A DNA stretch of 64,000 nt from Squalus acanthias (Eukaryota), in NCBI GenBank assembly GCA_030390025.1, contig JASTWF010000035.1, positions 1,736,001 to 1,800,000 of the forward strand. The letters are read 5' to 3'. The notes under the pieces are model-generated. The model had not been told where the DNA came from, searched no databases, and was given only the letters and a program-made list of their open reading frames with translations. A program made the translations under genes and the position numbers. Positions 63,201 to 64,000 of the stretch are shown one piece after another; positions within the stretch are counted from its first letter, which is position 1, and the number at the start of each line of letters is the position of its first letter.

Positions 63201-64000
63201 ACTCAGGGGGAGTGAGACTGTCCAGTGTGTAATCCATTGACTCAGGGGGAGTGAGACTGTCCAGTGTGTAACTCCATTGACTCAGGGGGAGTGAGACTGT
63301 CCAGTGTGTAATCCATTGACTCAGGGAGTGAGACTGTCCAGATCGTGTAATCCATTGACTCGGGGATTGTGAGATGTCCAGTGTGAATCCATTGACTCCA
63401 GGGGGAGTGAGACTGTCCAGTGTGTAATCCAATGACTCAGGGGGAGTGCGGACTGTCCAGTGTGTAATCCCTTTGACTCGGGGATGTGAGACTGTCCAGT
63501 GTGTAATCCATTGACTCGGGGAGTGAGGACTGTCCAGTGTGTAATCCATTGACTCACGGGGAGTGAGACTGTCCAGTGTGTAATCCATTTGACTCAGGGG
63601 AGAGTGAGACTGTCCAGTGTGTAATCCATTGCTCAGGGGAGTGAGACTGTCCAGTGTGTCAATCCATTGACTCAGGGGGAGTGAGACTGTCCCAGTGTGA
63701 TAATCCATTGACTCAGGGGGAGTGAGACTGTCCAGTGTGTAATCCATTGACTCAGGGGGAGTGAGACTGTCCAGTGTGTAATCCATTGACTCAGGGGGAG
63801 TGGGACTGTCCAGTGTGTAATCCATTGACTCAGGGGAGTGAGACTGTCCAGTGTGTAATCCATTGACTCAGGGGAGTGAGGACTGTCCAGTGTGTAATCC
63901 ATTGACTCAGGGGGAGTGGGACTGTCCAGTGTGTAATCCATTGACTCAGGGGGAGTGAGACTGTCCAGTGTGTAATCCATTGACTCAGGGGGAGTGAGAC
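42283..64000. repeat. 39-bp tandem repeat array (minisatellite/satellite), about 555 copies, running off the window end
   Basis: Unit GACTCAGGGGGAGTG(A/G)GACTGTCCAGTGTGTAATCCATT. A degenerate edge unit lies at about 42255-42290. Confidence 0.99.

Noticed and set aside
42123..63980. Long - strand ORFs of 13-aa repeats (MDYTLDSLTPPES / WITHWTVSLPLSQ)
   Set aside because: Automatic result of a 39-bp unit lacking stops in two frames. Frames switch at random indels, and no unique domains or splice context are visible.
42283..64000. Possible CRISPR-like array
   Set aside because: Units are head-to-tail with no unique spacers, the context is eukaryotic, and there are no cas genes.

Overview
Eukaryotic, non-prokaryotic DNA, most likely from a cartilaginous fish (inferred from shark-type CR1/HER1 LINEs and an HE1/V-SINE-like element). 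The only host-gene signal is two consecutive, phase-compatible + strand exons (605-713 and 29580-29772) encoding the cysteine-rich domain of an ADAM metalloprotease of the ADAM12/15/19/33 type, separated by a 28,866-bp intron. Positions 1-42 kb are almost entirely nested transposable elements. These include many CR1 LINEs (one full-length with PHD-like/esterase ORF1), L2 LINEs and a V-SINE. There is also a cluster of PIF/Harbinger DNA transposons: one structurally complete copy with 15-bp perfect TIRs, ATT TSD, a 3-exon Myb/SANT gene and a DDE transposase, plus deletion derivatives and a MITE. Two Penelope-like fragments carry minimal hammerhead ribozyme motifs, one of them inside a perfect 185-bp inverted repeat. 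From about 42.28 kb to the window end is a 39-bp tandem array of at least 21.7 kb whose unit contains AP-1 (TGACTCA) and TAATCC motifs. I see no evidence of a wholly new biological system. The most interesting items are the hammerhead-bearing palindrome, the Harbinger nest and the TF-motif-bearing satellite.
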